In this document: positions 61,290-64,000 of the stretch, one piece after another | Numbering within the stretch: the stretch's first letter is position 1 | Layout of the letters: the number at the start of each line of letters is the position of its first letter | Assembly (NCBI GenBank): GCA_040218735.1 | Contig: JAVJQW010000062.1 | Span: 96,001 to 160,000 of the forward strand | Length of the DNA stretch: 64,000 nt | From: Deltaproteobacteria bacterium | GTDB taxonomy: Bacteria > Myxococcota > Kuafuiibacteriia > Kuafuiibacteriales > Kuafuiibacteriaceae | Reading direction: 5' to 3' | The notes under the pieces: model-generated | The model's database searches: none | What the model was told of the DNA's origin: nothing | The model's input: only the letters and a program-made list of their open reading frames with translations | Position numbers and translations under genes: made by a program

Positions 61290-63353
61290 TCAGCGGGAGC
61301 CAAAGATCCGATCGAGGAGACTCTTACGCTGCGCCGCAGGGTCGGCTTCCACGTCCGAGGCTTTCACCTCGTTCTCCCCCTTCGGTACGGTCCCGGTGAA
61401 ACGCGAGCCGCTGTCCTTCGGCGCCTCCTTCGGCGCTTTCGGGCTGCTCTGCGCCTCGGCGGACACGGTCGCGGGTTTCGACGACGCGTCGCCGTTCGAA
61501 CCCTTGCCGGCCTTCTGCTCTTCCTCGCGTCGCTTCCGCCTGGCCTGGCGTTCGGCTTTGAGTCTTTCGAGCATCTCGGCGGACGGGCGACCGGTGAACG
61601 TGGTGTCGCCCTTCGCTTCGATCGCGGGCGCGCTCTTGTCGCTCTTCTCGCTCCGCTCGCCCTTGGCGGCGCCGCGCTCCGACGACTTCGCTTCGCCGTC
61701 CTCGCCGCCGCGACGACGTTTGCGCTTGGACTTCTTCTTCGGGAGCTCCGAGACGGAGACCTCGTTGCTGTCGGCCTGCGCCTCGCGGCGCTTCTTCGTG
61801 CGGCGACGTTTGCGCTGCGAGCGATCCCGACGCCGGTCCTCGCGCGGCGGGAGCTTGTCGGTGATCTCGGCGAGCACCTCGCCCTTCGAGAGGAACGTGA
61901 CCTCGTCCTGGTTGCGCTCCATCTCCGGGCGCGCCTTCACGACGATGCGGCAGTCGTACTCCTTCTCGAGCGCCATCAGCTGCGCGCGGCGCTGGTTGAG
62001 CATGTACTCCGCCGTCTCGCGGTGCGTCGTCACCCTCGCCTCGCCGACGCCGCCCTGCGCGAGCCGCGCCTCGAGGCGACGCACCAGCGACAGCGAGTGC
62101 GACTCGGCGCTCCGACGCCAGCCGGTGCCGCCGCAGGTCTCGCAGCGGTGCTGGAACGCGCGCCGCATCCCCTGACGGATGCGCTGGCGGGTCAGGACAC
62201 ACAGGCCCTTGGAGTTGATGCGCGAGATCTTGTAGCGCGCCTTGTCGTCCTTGGCCGCCTCCGCGAGGACCTTCTCGACCTCGCGTTTGTGCTTCGTCAT
62301 CTCCATGTCGATGAAGTCGATGACGACGATGCCGCCGAGGTCGCGCAACTTGAGTTGACGCGCGATCTCCTCGGCCGCCTCACTGTTCACGGCGAAGACG
62401 GTGTCCTCGTGGCCCCCCTCGCGGGTGTTCTTGCCCGAGTTCACGTCGATGGCGACGAGCGCCTCGGTCTGGTCCACGACGATCGAGCCGCCGCTCGGGA
62501 GCGCCACGCGACGCTCGAACGTGGACTCGATCTGCGCCTCCACGTGGTAGTACGCGAAGATCGGGATCGGGTTCGAGTAGAAGTGCAGCCGGTCCTTGAA
62601 GTCCGGCATCACCTCGTCGAAGTACTCGACCGCGGCGTCGTACTCCTCCTGGGTGTCGATCCAGACCTCGTCGATGTCCTCGTTGAAGAAGTCGCGCAGC
62701 GTGCGCGCGACGAGGTCCGGCTCGGCGTAGAGGATCGACGGAGCCCGCGCGATCTCGGCGGCCTTCGTGACCTTCTCGTACTGCGCCGAGACGGCGTCGA
62801 GGTCCTTCTGGATCCCGACCCGCGTCTGGTTGAGCCCGGCGGTCCGGACGATGAAGCCGCAACCCTCGGGTTTGTTCAGCTTCGACGCCATGGTGCGGAT
62901 CCGCTTACGCACCTTGTCGTCCTCGATCTTGCGCGAGATGCCACCGGCGTCGCTGCCGGGCATCAGCACGGTGTACCGACCGGCCAGCGACAGGTACGTC
63001 GTGAGCGTCACGCCCTTGTCGCCGATGGCGTCCTTGGCGACCTGGACGACGATGTCCTGGCCGCGCCGCACCACGTCCGTGATGCGCGGCGACTCCTTGG
63101 CGGACCAGCGGCGATAGTATTGGTCGGGCTTGATCTCCGAGAACGGGAGGAAGCCCTGCTTGTGGGAGCCGATGTCGACGAAAGCGGCCTCGAGGCTGCC
63201 TTCGACGTTGTGGACGACACCTTTGTAGATGTTGCCCTTCAGTGTGCTCGTTTCGGACGCTTCGATGTCGAGCTCGGCGAGCTCACCATCCTCCACCACG
63301 GCGATGCGCAGCTCGTTTTGAGCTGTCGCGTTGATCAACATTTTGATGGTCAT
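61290..63353 (-). CDS. rne: Ribonuclease E/G family
   Basis: MLINAT, KGNIYKG, AAFVDIG, IDVNSG, RDLGGIVVIDFIDM, CETCGGTG zinc link, Arg-rich tail. Confidence 0.95.
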   Translation of the reverse strand: MTIKMLINATAQNELRIAVVEDGELAELDIEASETSTLKGNIYKGVVHNVEGSLEAAFVDIGSHKQGFLPFSEIKPDQYYRRWSAKESPRITDVVRRGQDIVVQVAKDAIGDKGVTLTTYLSLAGRYTVLMPGSDAGGISRKIEDDKVRKRIRTMASKLNKPEGCGFIVRTAGLNQTRVGIQKDLDAVSAQYEKVTKAAEIARAPSILYAEPDLVARTLRDFFNEDIDEVWIDTQEEYDAAVEYFDEVMPDFKDRLHFYSNPIPIFAYYHVEAQIESTFERRVALPSGGSIVVDQTEALVAIDVNSGKNTREGGHEDTVFAVNSEAAEEIARQLKLRDLGGIVVIDFIDMEMTKHKREVEKVLAEAAKDDKARYKISRINSKGLCVLTRQRIRQGMRRAFQHRCETCGGTGWRRSAESHSLSLVRRLEARLAQGGVGEARVTTHRETAEYMLNQRRAQLMALEKEYDCRIVVKARPEMERNQDEVTFLSKGEVLAEITDKLPPREDRRRDRSQRKRRRTKKRREAQADSNEVSVSELPKKKSKRKRRRGGEDGEAKSSERGAAKGERSEKSDKSAPAIEAKGDTTFTGRPSAEMLERLKAERQARRKRREEEQKAGKGSNGDASSKPATVSAEAQSSPKAPKEAPKDSGSRFTGTVPKGENEVKASDVEADPAAQRKSLLDRIFGSR

Positions 63354-63642
63354 TGAAAGGTCGTCTCCGGGAGCCGTTCGCACTTTCGGTGCGGGTGCCG
63401 CGGATCGTGTCGCGTTGGCTTCGATCTCGCGCCGGTCGACCTAGGTGGGGTCGAGATGGGATCGTACGGATCAGCACGCGGGCTCCAGCTTCGTCGCGCT
63501 CGTTCTTCGGGCCGTTCGTCGGCGCGCGGCGCGCGGGTTGAATGGAAGGCAGCATACACGGCCACGCCGGGTTGTCCTAGGTAAACGCATCCGCGATCTA
63601 GGGTAGGAGGGAGCGGGACGTTGGGTGTATGGATCGGCCGCC

Positions 63643-64000
63643 ATGGACAACCTCGACCTCCCCACCGGCCTGGCTTTCGACGACGTCCTCCTGGAGCCCG
63701 GGTATTCGGAAACCCTACCCCGTGAGACCCAGGTCCGGACCCAGCTGACCGCGCGCATCCGGCTCGAGCTGCCGCTGCTCTCCGCCGCGATGGACACGGT
63801 GACGGAGTCGCGGCTCGCGATCGCCCTCGCCCAGCTCGGCGGGATCGGCGTCATCCACAAGAACATGACCCCGGCGCAGCACGCGGCGGAGGTCCGGCGG
63901 GTGAAGCGGTTCGAGTCGGCGATGATCCACAACCCGATCACCGTGCGCCCCGACCAACCGGTGCGGGACGCCATCGGGCTGACGATCGAGCACGGCTTCT
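63643..64000 (+). CDS. guaB: IMP dehydrogenase, 5' part
   Basis: [11 protein letters not shown]...[29 protein letters not shown]. Confidence 0.95.
   Translation, partial: MDNLDLPTGLAFDDVLLEPGYSETLPRETQVRTQLTARIRLELPLLSAAMDTVTESRLAIALAQLGGIGVIHKNMTPAQHAAEVRRVKRFESAMIHNPITVRPDQPVRDAIGLTIEHGF

Overview
A GC-rich bacterial chromosomal segment, most likely Myxococcota, judged from a MYXO-CTERM tail, MJ0042 zinc-ribbon/TPR and PEGA proteins, Cys-rich lipoproteins and five Hanks-type kinase folds. It carries about 48 genes and two tRNAs (Arg-ACG, Thr-CGT), with no recognisable mobile element or CRISPR. Housekeeping genes include a stand-alone rpsD, rpmG (missed by the ORF track), rne, kdsD, the start of guaB, and a selenocysteine-recoded selD with an in-frame UGA and a SECIS-like hairpin. 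The most striking element is the orphan gene at 48653-49804. It encodes a Gly/Gln-rich protein whose C-terminal helical hairpin resembles type III secretion filament/needle subunits. It has a near-consensus sigma-54 promoter, a CsrA-type CAGGAUG hairpin in its 5' leader, and a 3' UTR of four consecutive hairpins that each show AGGA in the loop, like a CsrB/Rsm sponge. Other points of interest are the selD-DUF2064 linkage, three pseudokinases, a MoxR/DUF58/transglutaminase/TPR/M6-protease run, and a Met-rich orphan gene behind a perfect 20-bp palindrome. All family assignments come from motif recognition by eye; no searches were run.
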